Under the pieces are notes generated by a model. It was not told the origin of the DNA. It saw nothing but the letters and a program-made list of their open reading frames with translations, and did no database searches. A stretch of 61,235 bases of DNA, the filler included, from Stramenopiles sp. TOSAG23-3 (Eukaryota), in assembly GCA_900128585.1 (NCBI GenBank). It is 6 parts of 6 records of this genome, joined end to end, with 100 filler letters (N's around TTAATTAATTAA, not from the genome) between each part and the next. Parts side by side here need not be neighbours in the genome. Positions count along the whole stretch, not along the records: positions 1 to 18,387 come from LT642428.1; positions 18,488 to 36,820 come from LT642429.1; 4 more parts are not named here. One strand, 5' to 3'. The stretch's first letter is position 1. Every line of letters begins with the position of its first letter. Shown piece after piece: positions 11,858 through 22,551 of this stretch. The position numbers were made by a program, and so were the translations under genes.

Positions 11858-13456
11858 ATGACTTTAGGGATGGGGTGCCGTGGTTTGTTGCTCTGGCTGG
11901 GCTGCAGTGTTTTTCTCGTTGTTGCAGAGGCTGGCAAACCAAACATTCTCTTTCTTATGGCCGATCAAATGCGGTGGGATGCGAGAGGGCCAGATGTAAC
12001 GCCAAACCTGGACAGTATGGGAAAGGAGGGCGTAGAATTCGTAAAAGCGTACTCGACAACGCCCACGTGCACCCCGGCAAGGGCTGCGATTTTAACAGGA
12101 AGGAGCCCCTGGTTCCATGGAATGTTAGGGTACGGGAAAATTGCGGACAAGTACCCGCAGGGTGAATTTGTGCCTTTGTTGAACAAGCTGGGGTATACCA
12201 CCGCGTCGGTAGGCAAAGACCATTTTGGCTGGAATTTTACTTCCAATAAGGGAATCTCGCATGGCTTTTCTTCCACCCTGCTTTACGATGGAATTGGAAA
12301 CGGCTTCAACGTCACGAATGTGGAGTTCGACAATTACGACCAGTGGTTTCAAAGCGTAATGCCGAAAAAGGACCCCAACAAAGGTTTTGAAAGCCACAAT
12401 GAATGGAAAGCGTTGCCATACCCATACGATAAATTTTACCACCCGACAGCGTGGACGGGGCGCCACGCCGTTGACTTTATCGCAAACTACAGGAATAGGA
12501 GTCGTGGTAGTGTGCCGCCGCAGCCCTTTTTCCTGAAGGTGAGTTTTCATCGGCCACACTCACAGTATGATCCTCCAAGTTCCTACTTTGAGAAAATTCC
12601 CTTGGAAAGAGTCCAAAAGCCTACAGTGGGCGGAAACTGGGACAGCATTTACCGGGATTCCCCGGGCTGTGGCCCGAGCGATGCAAACGCCTGGTGCGGT
12701 GATATGGGAACAAACGAGACGATGTATTCCAGAAGAAGTTATCTTGCGAATGTGCTGTTTGTTGACGAACAAATTGGGTTCATCACGAACGCTTTGAAAG
12801 CTCACGGTTATGGGGAAAACACGTTTGTTCTTTTTGTAAGTGACCATGGAGATGGACAAGGGGATCATTACCACTGGAGAAAAGGTTATCCTTATGAGTT
12901 CTCTTCTCACGTCCCTATGCTTGCCTGGTGGCCTCAGGGCATGTTTCAGGATTTTCCGCGCGGCTTGCGGACAAAGAAGGTCGTCGAATTGCGCGACCTG
13001 TTTCCAACGTTTCTTGACGTGGCAGACGGCTCTGACCAGGTACCGTTAGGCATCAATGGAAGCTCCTTACTAAATATATTAAGACCGGATGACGTGCACA
13101 AAAAACCCTGGCGCCAATGGATCGATTTGGAGCACAGCACTTGCTACAACGCGACAAACCATTGGAATGCGCTGACGGATGGGGAAATCAAGTACATTTA
13201 CCAGGCTTTCTCAGGGGACGAGCAACTCTTCAATTTGGCAGTCGACCCGATGGAATTGAACAACCTGGCGGGTGATGCACATCACAGCAATACATTGATG
13301 ACGTGGAGAAACAGAATGATTCGTCAATTTTTGGACGAAGGCCGGGGCGAAGACTGGACGAAGCGGTCGAGCAGTGGAAAGGTGGAGCTGCGGAAACGCA
13401 CTCAACCCATGACCTACTCTCCATATTATCCAAAGAATGATTTCGCCAAATTTTGA
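11858..13456 (+). CDS. Secreted formylglycine-dependent (S1) sulfatase / arylsulfatase
   Basis: Signal peptide; KPNILFLMADQ, CTPARAAILTG (CxPxR), GKDH, HRPH and SDHG motifs. Confidence 0.95.
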   Translation: MTLGMGCRGLLLWLGCSVFLVVAEAGKPNILFLMADQMRWDARGPDVTPNLDSMGKEGVEFVKAYSTTPTCTPARAAILTGRSPWFHGMLGYGKIADKYPQGEFVPLLNKLGYTTASVGKDHFGWNFTSNKGISHGFSSTLLYDGIGNGFNVTNVEFDNYDQWFQSVMPKKDPNKGFESHNEWKALPYPYDKFYHPTAWTGRHAVDFIANYRNRSRGSVPPQPFFLKVSFHRPHSQYDPPSSYFEKIPLERVQKPTVGGNWDSIYRDSPGCGPSDANAWCGDMGTNETMYSRRSYLANVLFVDEQIGFITNALKAHGYGENTFVLFVSDHGDGQGDHYHWRKGYPYEFSSHVPMLAWWPQGMFQDFPRGLRTKKVVELRDLFPTFLDVADGSDQVPLGINGSSLLNILRPDDVHKKPWRQWIDLEHSTCYNATNHWNALTDGEIKYIYQAFSGDEQLFNLAVDPMELNNLAGDAHHSNTLMTWRNRMIRQFLDEGRGEDWTKRSSSGKVELRKRTQPMTYSPYYPKNDFAKF

Positions 13457-13773
13457 ACGAAGGGTGAGGCGAAGACTGGACTAACCCTCTCTGTGTCAGT
13501 CTATCCCGGTATTCCGGTAGCATTTTAATTTATTTTTTTGTTAGACAATGATACAAAATGCAATTGCTGTTATTTGTAGATATTACTCTAAAGTTGTACA
13601 TTTACATTTATTTTCTCTTGAAATTTCCGATTCAGCCCTTCCTCCTCTTCTTTTTGCAATGAATTACTTTAACCTTTAAGAAATTTTTTTTATAAAACAC
13701 ATGTCGTATTTAGTAGACCGAAAAGGTTGTTTATATTAATAAAAATATCGATTTTTAAAAAAACTATTAAAAT

Positions 13774-14880
13774 TTAAAACTTTTGATCTAAATTTTGATT
13801 ATAACCCAATATTGAAAGCCGTTTAGCTATGAACATGGACTCTTCCTCAAAGCCATGTTTTCGATAGAACTTGCCAAGTTTTTCGTACCTGCTGACAACA
13901 TCACACTTTGTTGCTATGTGAAGTTTTTGTAAACAAATCGGGCACAATGAGAACGGGACCTTCTCGTCGCCATTGTTTCCATTCATGCAGCAATGGTAGT
14001 AAATGCAATGTTTCATGCCCAGTATGTGCCCAGTTTCGTGCACCATTGTTCTCAATGATTTTTTCAAAAGTGCCCTCTGCTCTTCGGTGGTCAATGTTAT
14101 GTCATTATGCAAACTCCAAAATTTAGGGGAATACCGGGCAAACGAAAACACGCCAACTCCCTCGGATAACGAGGCCTGTCCGTATACAAAATTCCATCCC
14201 TCCCCAGGCGTTAAATCTTGCATCGTGACAATAATTCTAGCAAATGCCGTCCGTCCTGTTTTCAGTTTCTTCAAATAATCCAGTGCATCTTTACAGAGCA
14301 ACTGTTTGTCGTTATGTAAACCCGATGTTGCCACATTTTTTAACGGGACCACTTTCATAATTTTCGCTTTGCATTTACCGCCTAAATAGAGCTCCATGAA
14401 TTCGCGCAAGTCTTCCAGTGGGGGAGACTCGCCGTCGATGAATTTTCCTACGGGAATAATTTCGATGGAGTCATACGTCGCGTGTGGGTGACACACCACC
14501 GATTTGCGATTGAACGACTGTACACTCTGCCCCCTTTCTTCGTGACACGATAACCAGTCGCCTGCTTTTGGCAAAGGCATTTTTTTGAAACAGTCGCCCG
14601 TGACTGCCTTGCTCGTTGTAAATGCACACTTACAATTTTTGTCCAAACATTTAAAAGTTGGTTTATGCTCTCCCGCAGCAAACGCAATTTCCTTCGCCGT
14701 TTTTCGCTTAAATTTTTGCCGTTTTGCTGCAATCTTTGTGTTGCCCCCTTCGGCAAGAACCGCCTTTTCAATGTTGTCGACAAACGCTTTGTTCATTCTG
14801 TCGAAGGCTGCTTGAAATTCTTCCCATCGCTCTTCTATTGACCTGGTATCGTTGGACTTCTTTTTTACAGAGTGGGACAT
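13774..14880 (-). CDS. Archaemetzincin-like zinc metallopeptidase (M54)
   Basis: DLTPGEGWNFVYGQA, HETGHILGMKHC, CCMNG and LCPICLQKL motifs typical of AMZ proteins. Confidence 0.93.
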   Translation of the reverse strand: MSHSVKKKSNDTRSIEERWEEFQAAFDRMNKAFVDNIEKAVLAEGGNTKIAAKRQKFKRKTAKEIAFAAGEHKPTFKCLDKNCKCAFTTSKAVTGDCFKKMPLPKAGDWLSCHEERGQSVQSFNRKSVVCHPHATYDSIEIIPVGKFIDGESPPLEDLREFMELYLGGKCKAKIMKVVPLKNVATSGLHNDKQLLCKDALDYLKKLKTGRTAFARIIVTMQDLTPGEGWNFVYGQASLSEGVGVFSFARYSPKFWSLHNDITLTTEEQRALLKKSLRTMVHETGHILGMKHCIYYHCCMNGNNGDEKVPFSLCPICLQKLHIATKCDVVSRYEKLGKFYRKHGFEEESMFIAKRLSILGYNQNLDQKF

Positions 14881-15829
14881 TGGAAATACTTGCTAGCGTA
14901 ATTGGTAATGTTAAGCAGTTGTTGAGTTTAATTTAAAATCGATGAAATCTTTAAAAAATGATATATGTGTACGTGTCGTAAACAGAAGTATTCTTTTCTT
15001 TGGGATAGAAAAGTAAAATTGTCTTTGGGTAAAGACGAAAAAACAACACAACTCGTCGTCGTAGGAATTCGTTTTTTTATTAAGCTTAACCACCTCCTAT
15101 AATATAATATTATTAGGACTAATTATTTTATTATAAAAAAATAATAATAATAATAAAAAAAAGAAGAAGAATTTAAAGCTCTTTTTTTAGAAGAATCCAA
15201 TGCTATGTTTATGCTAAACACTTTGCAAAGAAATATTTATTTTCGATCCTCGTAATCCATCCTGTGAATATGTTAATCATGTTTACGAATTCTATCTTTC
15301 TTGAGCTTGTGCTTTCTTTCTTCTTAGACTTTGTAGGTGAATGTCTTCTTTCCTTTTTATTAATTTGTAAAAATCTACATGTGCGTGTCCGGTACGGTAC
15401 ATTAGACTATTAAAACAAGTACTTAATAAAGTAAATCATATAGGTAGGTAAATATTATTATTATAAATAAACAACAGTAATATACTACATAATGCTGTGT
15501 ATATATAGATAAATAAAACCTACTCCGATACTAGTCTAGTAAGGACAGCACTGAAAAAACAGCAGGGAAGAAGAAGGAAGAAGAAGAGAGAGAAGAAGAA
15601 AAAAGAAACTGTGAAGTCAATTGGAAGAAAGGGGGGGGGCTTGGCATTCCAAGAAATAGTCGTCTAGTCCGTTCGGTTTGTGCAATTATACACAACTTAT
15701 TTTCTCTCGGAGACGTTTTTTGTTCGACTTCGTATTGTTTCTAAGAATTCGATTGCAGTTCGTGAAGTATTCAATAGAGTACGCCGTCCCTTCTTCCGTC
15801 CGCACGACGCCCTTAGTTGCCGTCTTTAT

Positions 15830-16252
15830 ATGAATTTTCTAGTCGCCCTGCCGGTGAAATACTCTGTCCTCCTTTGTTGGTTTTTGTTCCTTTGTTCCTT
15901 TTCTTGCGCAGCCCGGGCTTTGTCTCGGAAGTCCAGGCTGGGTGATTCCCCTAAGAATCCGTCAAATTCCAGAAAAGTTAGACCATTTTTGCAATTCACG
16001 AAAAATTTCGTGAAGCAGGACGAAGTTGCTTCCCTCATTGAAGAAAGTAGAAGCCTGGTGTCCTCTGGTATGAGAGTAAAAGCGAAACACTTAGCTGGCG
16101 CTCTGGCCAAGACTTTTGCAGAGAATCGTTATATAGCGGAAGGCGACGATTGGAACAACGAAGAAGGATTAGCAGATATGTCCCCAGATTGTCAAAAACA
16201 GTTTAAAGCTTTGGTGACGGAGTGCCATTGGTTCGGAGGCTCAGGCTCGTAA
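15830..16252 (+). CDS. Small putative secreted protein
   Basis: ATG 15830 within ORF 15680-16252, followed by a hydrophobic signal-like stretch (YSVLLCWFLFLCSFSCAA). Confidence 0.55.
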   Translation: MNFLVALPVKYSVLLCWFLFLCSFSCAARALSRKSRLGDSPKNPSNSRKVRPFLQFTKNFVKQDEVASLIEESRSLVSSGMRVKAKHLAGALAKTFAENRYIAEGDDWNNEEGLADMSPDCQKQFKALVTECHWFGGSGS

Positions 16253-16383
16253 ACGGGATAAGTTTAATTTTAATGGAGATTCTTGAATTGTAAATAAGTG
16301 CTTACGATGCTCTGATATCTAAGACATAATAAAACAAAAATATTAAGTAACAGCCAATTTTTTGTTTTTAATACATGCTGCCT

Positions 16384-18040
16384 CTAATATACGGTCCCAG
16401 GGCCGACATTCCCTCCTTCCGCGGTACTGACGGGCATGTCCATCTCCTTCCGCGTCTCGATTTCCAAAACTTTCAAGTCGGCGTTCGTCAGCGGGATTCT
16501 CATCGCCGTTGAAATAACTGTATGCCCAGGGACAGAAAGGGGAAACTCTTCTAACATTCTTAGGACATGCTCAAAGTTATGCTCCCTCAAAATGTCATCC
16601 CGGAGGAGATCCACCAGGGCCAGTGCAACCTTGAAAATTATGCTCCAGCCCTCCGACATGAAAATGTCCCATACCCGAACGACGACGTCGAGGGGGAAGG
16701 AGTATGTAAAAATTGTCAAAAACCATTTAGAAGCAAACATGCTAGGGAGCATCATGAGTTCGTCAAAGAAGTGGGACGCAATTTGCGGCAGCCTGATCCT
16801 TATCAGCTTTTCCAAGACCACGTGGTACAGCTGCAGCTTCGGCAACCCTTCTTGGTACAACCCTTCCATTTCGTGCTTCTGCATCAAGGACACCATGGTC
16901 CAAAACGCGTCCTCTTCGTTCAAGTAACAGAGCAAAAGCGCGCAGATGTACCCCATCCCTTGGCAGTACCCGACCTCAGGGTTGTACACACTGTATGCCC
17001 TCAGGACGTGAAACATGGACCGCTGGCCCAATCCCCCGGTGACACGAAATTGTTGATGGCGGGGGAATGTCCGACTGATGTCTCGAGATATCGTTTCCTC
17101 GAGGCCGCTGTCTGCGGCAAGCAGGCACTCGCTGTACACACTGGCGTTGTGGTATTTCGCAACGCCAGCCCCGGTGAGGGACATCCACATATGACCTCGG
17201 AGCACGTTCGGTATTCCCCGGCGAATCCGCTGGCGTATCTTTCCCGGGTACTTTTGCTCAAAATGCTCCCAGTGAGACATCATACGCCGCCATTTCTGCA
17301 GCCTCACTCGCTCCCTTTCCCGCCTTTTCCGTTCAAAAATCGTAACGCCCCCGTCGCCATGCGCTTCTGAACCGACGTTGTCTTTTCCAGCACTGCTCCC
17401 GTCGCTACTTTCAGTCTCAAAATCGTGCTTTGGGGCGAGAAATTTTGGTCGTGGCGGCGAGGAGGCTGGTGCTGGCACTGGTTGGGGAGGCTTTTCCAGC
17501 GGTGGGGAAGGGGGGGACGGGGCCGCGGTTTCCTGTGGAAGCGGCGACAGTTGGACGTTCGGGACCACTGGGAGTGTAATTGGTACAGTGGGGGGGGGGG
17601 ACCTGCACAGTCAACGGCGCAGTAGATTTTTTCGTTTCTTTCCGCGGCAGCAGCGGCGGCGGCGGCGGCGGTGATGCTCCTGAAACTTCGACTTCGTCTG
17701 TTGTAGTCTTTGGGGGGAAGTTGGTCTCTGGCTTGGTGGGTGGCGGATCTTCGCCAGCTTCTTCTGTCTGTTCCGTTTCCTCTGGTGGCTTGGCGACCGC
17801 CACGGGTTCCTCTAGCCGGCGGCCGCCCTCGTCGCCCGAACCTTCATCCGTGCTCTTTCCAGCAGCCTCTTCCAGGACCATTTGGTCTTCTCTCACCGCC
17901 ATCGTCGGTTCTTCTACAGATATGTTGTCCACCATGTCATTTCCCGCCGCTATAACTTGTTCATCAACAACTCCTTCCGCGGCAACGGGAGCTACCGCCT
18001 CCCGGACCGCTACCGGTTCTTCTCCCCCGTCCCGACTCAT
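16384..18040 (-). CDS. TBC-domain Rab GTPase-activating protein; frameshift at homopolymer 17590-17600
   Basis: GIPNVLRGHMW, ISRDISRTFP, YCQGM, WFLTIF and RVWDIF motifs. The N-terminal ORF 17417-18040 joins ORF 16384-17568 if one base of the G11 run is removed. Confidence 0.92.
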
Positions 18041-18387
18041 TCTATACTACGCGCACGTAACTTCTATCCTGTTCGACGTAAACCAACAAATGCACAAAAT
18101 CATAAAATCATTCGATTTAAATATTGTCACCCTATCTCATCCACCCATATCTTTTCTTTCTTTCCTTCCATTTTTCTTTCTTTCTTTGTTATTCATTCAA
18201 TTACGATTAGGAATTAGATTACTACTGTAAGAAGTAATTCGAATATAATAATAATAAAAAAAAAAAAAAATAATAATAATAAGAAGACTAGTCGTCTATA
18301 TTTAATTATTATTACTTCTTACATGACGTTTATGTTTTATGGTCGATAATGCTACTGGCCAAACATCAGGGGGGGGCATCGACTCGC

Positions 18388-18487
18388 NNNNNNNNNNNNN
18401 NNNNNNNNNNNNNNNNNNNNNNNNNNNNNNNTTAATTAATTAANNNNNNNNNNNNNNNNNNNNNNNNNNNNNNNNNNNNNNNNNNNN
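18388..18487. other. Artificial scaffold linker (N-TTAATTAATTAA-N)
   Basis: Stop-in-all-frames spacer within Ns. The same linker recurs at 36821-36920, 55243-55342, 57241-57340 and 59239-59338. Confidence 0.97.
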
Positions 18488-18488
18488 G

Positions 18489-19850
18489 GATTACAAGGAA
18501 GGGGAGGAGGTATTCATTAGTTACGGGATTATGACCAACCCTGACTTGCTGATCACCTACGGGTTCGCCTTGGCTGACAATGCGTATGAGACTGTTGGAT
18601 TTGGCCTGGGCATGGAACAAGCAATGGCGAGCGAGATAGGAAAGCTGGACGAACTGCTTCCTGGAAAACTGAAATTTTTGGAACGTAAAACAATTGACCC
18701 AGCATTGCAAACTCACATAGCCCTTGACGGCCGCCCGTCTGGGCGATTTCTTCAGGCAATGCGGGTGAAAGAGCTGACCATGAGAGACGTGCTGCCCGAC
18801 GATGCGTCGTGTGCTAAACCGAGTGCCACTGCGGTTCCGCCTGGAATGGCGGGGGTGCCAGGAGCAGGTGGTAGGCCGCCCCCACCAGGCTTCCACCCGC
18901 AACCGGGAGCTGTCCCGGGCGCCCCGCCAGCACCGGGGGCCGGGCAACCAAACTTGCAAATGGACGCGATGATCCAGGAAGCAATCCAAGGCGCGCTATC
19001 GGGAATGGGAATGGGCGGTAAAGCGCCTCCAGGGGGCGCTGTGCCCGACGTGAGCGCACTTGTCCAAGAGGCGTTGAAAGGTTTAAATCTTCCCGGGATG
19101 GGGGGGCAGGGGCAGGGGGAACCTTTGAAACCAAAGAGTGGTTTGAGCGACGAAGAGAAGAAGCGAATCGCGAAGGTCGAGAAAGCCGTTTTGGAGGTGA
19201 AGCCTCTCAAGCCCATTAGTAGCGACAACGAACTGTCGGTCCACTCGGCGCTCATGTATGGGGCGGAGCGACTCTTGGGGCAATACCCGACATCACTAGC
19301 GCAAGATCTGTCCTATTTTTCCCCCGAATCGCCGCACAAGCCAAATATGATTCAAAGGCAAGCCCTGATTATGCGCATTGAAATCAAGCGCATTCTGCAC
19401 GCATGCATTTTGGAATCAATGAAGGGCATGAAAGCAGCGTTTCAAATGCAAGTGGGTGAGCGCGACTACGATGTTGCAGACGAAATTACGGAGGGCATGC
19501 ATGAGCTGGAGGTGAAACGCATCACAATACATAAGCAAATGTTAAAACATTTCGAGGACGGTAATGCGAAATGGGATGCCCAGTGGGAGAAGTGGAGGGA
19601 GGATGTCCGGTTAGCGTGGGGGGAAGAATCGGCGTTGCCAAAGAATTCCGACCTGCTGTCGCACATGGGCAGCAGCGAAGAGATTCTAAGGCAAGCAAGG
19701 CAGCAATTTGAGTCGATTGATGACAATACTGATGGAATCAGAATTGGCGATTTTTTGAAGTTTACCGACATTGTTGAGGACTTGGTCAAGGAAGAAATGA
19801 CAAAGGAAGCGATGAGCGCAGAGGAGCAGGGCCTTCCCGTTTCGATGTAG
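18489..19850 (+). CDS. SET-domain lysine methyltransferase (SETD3/Rubisco-LSMT-like), 5'-truncated at scaffold start
   Basis: DYKEGEEVFISYGIMTNPDLLITYGF is the SET C-terminal motif; LLGQYPTSLAQDL resembles the LSMT substrate-binding domain. Confidence 0.85.
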   Translation, partial: DYKEGEEVFISYGIMTNPDLLITYGFALADNAYETVGFGLGMEQAMASEIGKLDELLPGKLKFLERKTIDPALQTHIALDGRPSGRFLQAMRVKELTMRDVLPDDASCAKPSATAVPPGMAGVPGAGGRPPPPGFHPQPGAVPGAPPAPGAGQPNLQMDAMIQEAIQGALSGMGMGGKAPPGGAVPDVSALVQEALKGLNLPGMGGQGQGEPLKPKSGLSDEEKKRIAKVEKAVLEVKPLKPISSDNELSVHSALMYGAERLLGQYPTSLAQDLSYFSPESPHKPNMIQRQALIMRIEIKRILHACILESMKGMKAAFQMQVGERDYDVADEITEGMHELEVKRITIHKQMLKHFEDGNAKWDAQWEKWREDVRLAWGEESALPKNSDLLSHMGSSEEILRQARQQFESIDDNTDGIRIGDFLKFTDIVEDLVKEEMTKEAMSAEEQGLPVSM

Positions 19851-20468
19851 AGATTTTAATCGCGTTTTGCCCCACCGCATTTTTGTTTGACACAGACGGA
19901 TTAACATGTGCGTGGTCGTCTCTGCTTAAAAAACAAAAATATAAAGAGTTCAGTATTAAGTAATTAAAATTAATGTACTGCGAACTGAAATCTAGATTTG
20001 GACATTCTAGGTTTGCATTCCTTCATGAACTGCGAACTTATCTTTGCTCTTTTGGTTTTACTAATCGGTATACCCTTGTCACTTAGTCTTGACTATACTA
20101 TATATTTTGTTTTTTTTTCATTCTCAGATGTACTCCATTCATAATCTGAACGTTGTTCTTTTGAACGTTGTTCTTTTTTTTTTTTTTTTTCCTTTTCTCA
20201 ATTTCTCGTTTCTCTATTTGCTCAGCTTTTCGTTTCTCTTTTTTTTCAGTTTCGCGTTTCTCTGCCTCTTCCTCACTCCACATTTCATGGGGCAAAATTG
20301 TAAGAGTACTAGTACTAGAAATGGATATATTTATAAAAATGGAAGGAAATAAATAAAAAACAAAAAATTGGCTTTTTTTTACTAGAGACACTAATAAGTA
20401 ATAATAAAATATATGTGCAGAGAAAAAAAATACTATCTTTTACTACACTACAACCGGTAAAACCAAAT

Positions 20469-21824
20469 TCACAGAAGGGCAGGGTTGAGTTTTTCATCAG
20501 GGTCTTGTTGCGATATCAACGTATTGGGTGTTCCTTCTGCGGGAGCGTTGGTCTTCTCCTCTTCGTTCCCAACGACTTCTTCAATTCGATCTGTGCTGTA
20601 ATTGTTGGTGTAAACCCACAAAAAAAGGCACACCGCAGAGGAAAACAACCCCAGCATCCCAGGCGCTCCAGGGCCTAACCTCCAAACGACTGTGGAGAGA
20701 AGGGAACCGGCAACAGCACCGAGCGCACCCGCCCCGAAAAGTATACTTTCCAGGACTCCATTTAATCGAGACGGGTTGTTTTCTTCCTCCCCTCTTCGTT
20801 TCGCCAATACTATATTTCCCACCAAGCCCAAGTTTGCCACGACGAGCATTTCAAACTGGAAAAAACAAAAAAACACTGCGACCAATCCCAATGCCAAGCC
20901 CATATTTGGTTGCCATGCAACCATTAGAAAAACGAATGCGATTATATAACCAACAAAACCAAAGACCAAAAATTTGCGGCCTGCGTAATGCTTGAGCACT
21001 TTAATCAGGGTGATTTCCGCGAGTAAATCGGCAGCACCGATGGTTAATGACGCAGCCCCAATTCCCGCAGCATCAAACCCATGCACTTCTGTAAGCCATA
21101 AACCAAAAGAAACAAAAACCACGTACATCGAAGACATGAGCAGAACCGACGTTAGGAAGACTGCAATTGCTAACGGTGTGTGGCAAACTTGCTTTGCCAC
21201 CGCACACAACATAGAAAAGTTGAACTTCGTCTTCTCTTTATTTTCATCGCCTTTGCTCTGAACGACATGCTTCAGGATGCGCCATCCAACTGCAGCAAGA
21301 ATGAAGCATATTATCCCTAGGATAACAAACGGAATTTTGAAATCTGTACTCATAAGAAAACCTACAGCGGGAACTCCAATTATCGACGACAGCCCCCATG
21401 AAATCTCTACCTTTGCAACCACTTTTCCTTGTTCCTCCTTTTCGCAGATAGAGTTTGCAGTCGCCAGAATGGTGGGCCACAAAAGTCCTTTTGCAACGCC
21501 AAAGAGCACAATAGAAACTGCGATTTGAATGAAGGTCCCAGAGAAGGCGACTAGTTCTAACAAAATTCCTTGGCCTGCAAGGCAAACCACGCTCATGTTT
21601 CGCAAACCAAAAAATTGCTGCGCCGACGGGGCAAGTGCACAGACAAATACGTTCACAAATTGGAACGATGCCAGGAGCGCCGTTATCTGGCTAACATCTA
21701 CATCCAGGTGCAGCGCAATCACCGGTGCGAGCGGATACATGGCCCTGTAACCGGTGGCCACAATAAATTTTGTCGCCAACAACCAAGTCGGCACATGCTT
21801 AAACTTTTCCAGCAGTGGGCTCAT
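20469..21824 (-). CDS. Major facilitator superfamily transporter
   Basis: 451 aa with about 12 hydrophobic segments in two halves; MFS-like spacing. Confidence 0.88.
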   Translation of the reverse strand: MSPLLEKFKHVPTWLLATKFIVATGYRAMYPLAPVIALHLDVDVSQITALLASFQFVNVFVCALAPSAQQFFGLRNMSVVCLAGQGILLELVAFSGTFIQIAVSIVLFGVAKGLLWPTILATANSICEKEEQGKVVAKVEISWGLSSIIGVPAVGFLMSTDFKIPFVILGIICFILAAVGWRILKHVVQSKGDENKEKTKFNFSMLCAVAKQVCHTPLAIAVFLTSVLLMSSMYVVFVSFGLWLTEVHGFDAAGIGAASLTIGAADLLAEITLIKVLKHYAGRKFLVFGFVGYIIAFVFLMVAWQPNMGLALGLVAVFFCFFQFEMLVVANLGLVGNIVLAKRRGEEENNPSRLNGVLESILFGAGALGAVAGSLLSTVVWRLGPGAPGMLGLFSSAVCLFLWVYTNNYSTDRIEEVVGNEEEKTNAPAEGTPNTLISQQDPDEKLNPALL

Positions 21825-22551
21825 TCTTCTTCTCCTATGCCCTCCTCAAAAAATGTAGACAAAACCCGAACATTGAATTCTATATATACTCAATTTTAAA
21901 ATTATTCCTCGGAGATGAATATTACAGAGATTCCACTGAATTATGCGAATGTATCGATAACAATTTTCTGTTCAATCTGATACAAAAATGGTCTGAATTA
22001 TTATCATCGTTTCGTGAGTTGAAGCAGGAATCCGGCGGGGGGGAATGAATTTAAACATAATTATAATAATACCAAGTAATGAAAAAAGAAGAAATTACCG
22101 CCGCCGCCGTAGTACCAAGTAGTATTATTATATTTTTTTTTTTATAAATTTTTTTTCTTTCTTCTTCTCTTCTTCTTCTTCTTCTTCTTTTCTTTCTTCT
22201 TCTTCGTGCGTAGAAGAACAACAACAAACAAAAAAATGTTCTTTCTTCTTTCTTCTCTCTTTTCTTCGTCGTTGCTTTTTTTGTTTGTTGTTGTTTGTTA
22301 TATACGACTAATATATGTTGTTGACCTGTTGACCTGAATCCTGAATACCAAGGTATTATAATAAAGAACTGATGAAGAAGTGATGATCTGAAAATAAAAA
22401 ATTATATGATGCTGTGTTCTGTATTTTAATATACTTCTGTGCGTGTTACACCCGCACGTCAACGTACGAACGTTCTGAATAATATCAACGGGCGGCTAAA
22501 CCAAAGTAAATTAAGAAATAATGTTTCGCTACAACAAAACAATTTAACAAA

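Noticed and set aside
18432-18443. Palindromic TTAATTAATTAA repeated five times in the window
   Set aside because: Always centred in 100-nt N blocks; an artificial concatenation linker, not biology.
20089-20497. Short F/L/K-rich ORFs in AT-rich spacers (also 24612, 27027, 28092, 50392)
   Set aside because: Translations of microsatellite and low-complexity DNA.
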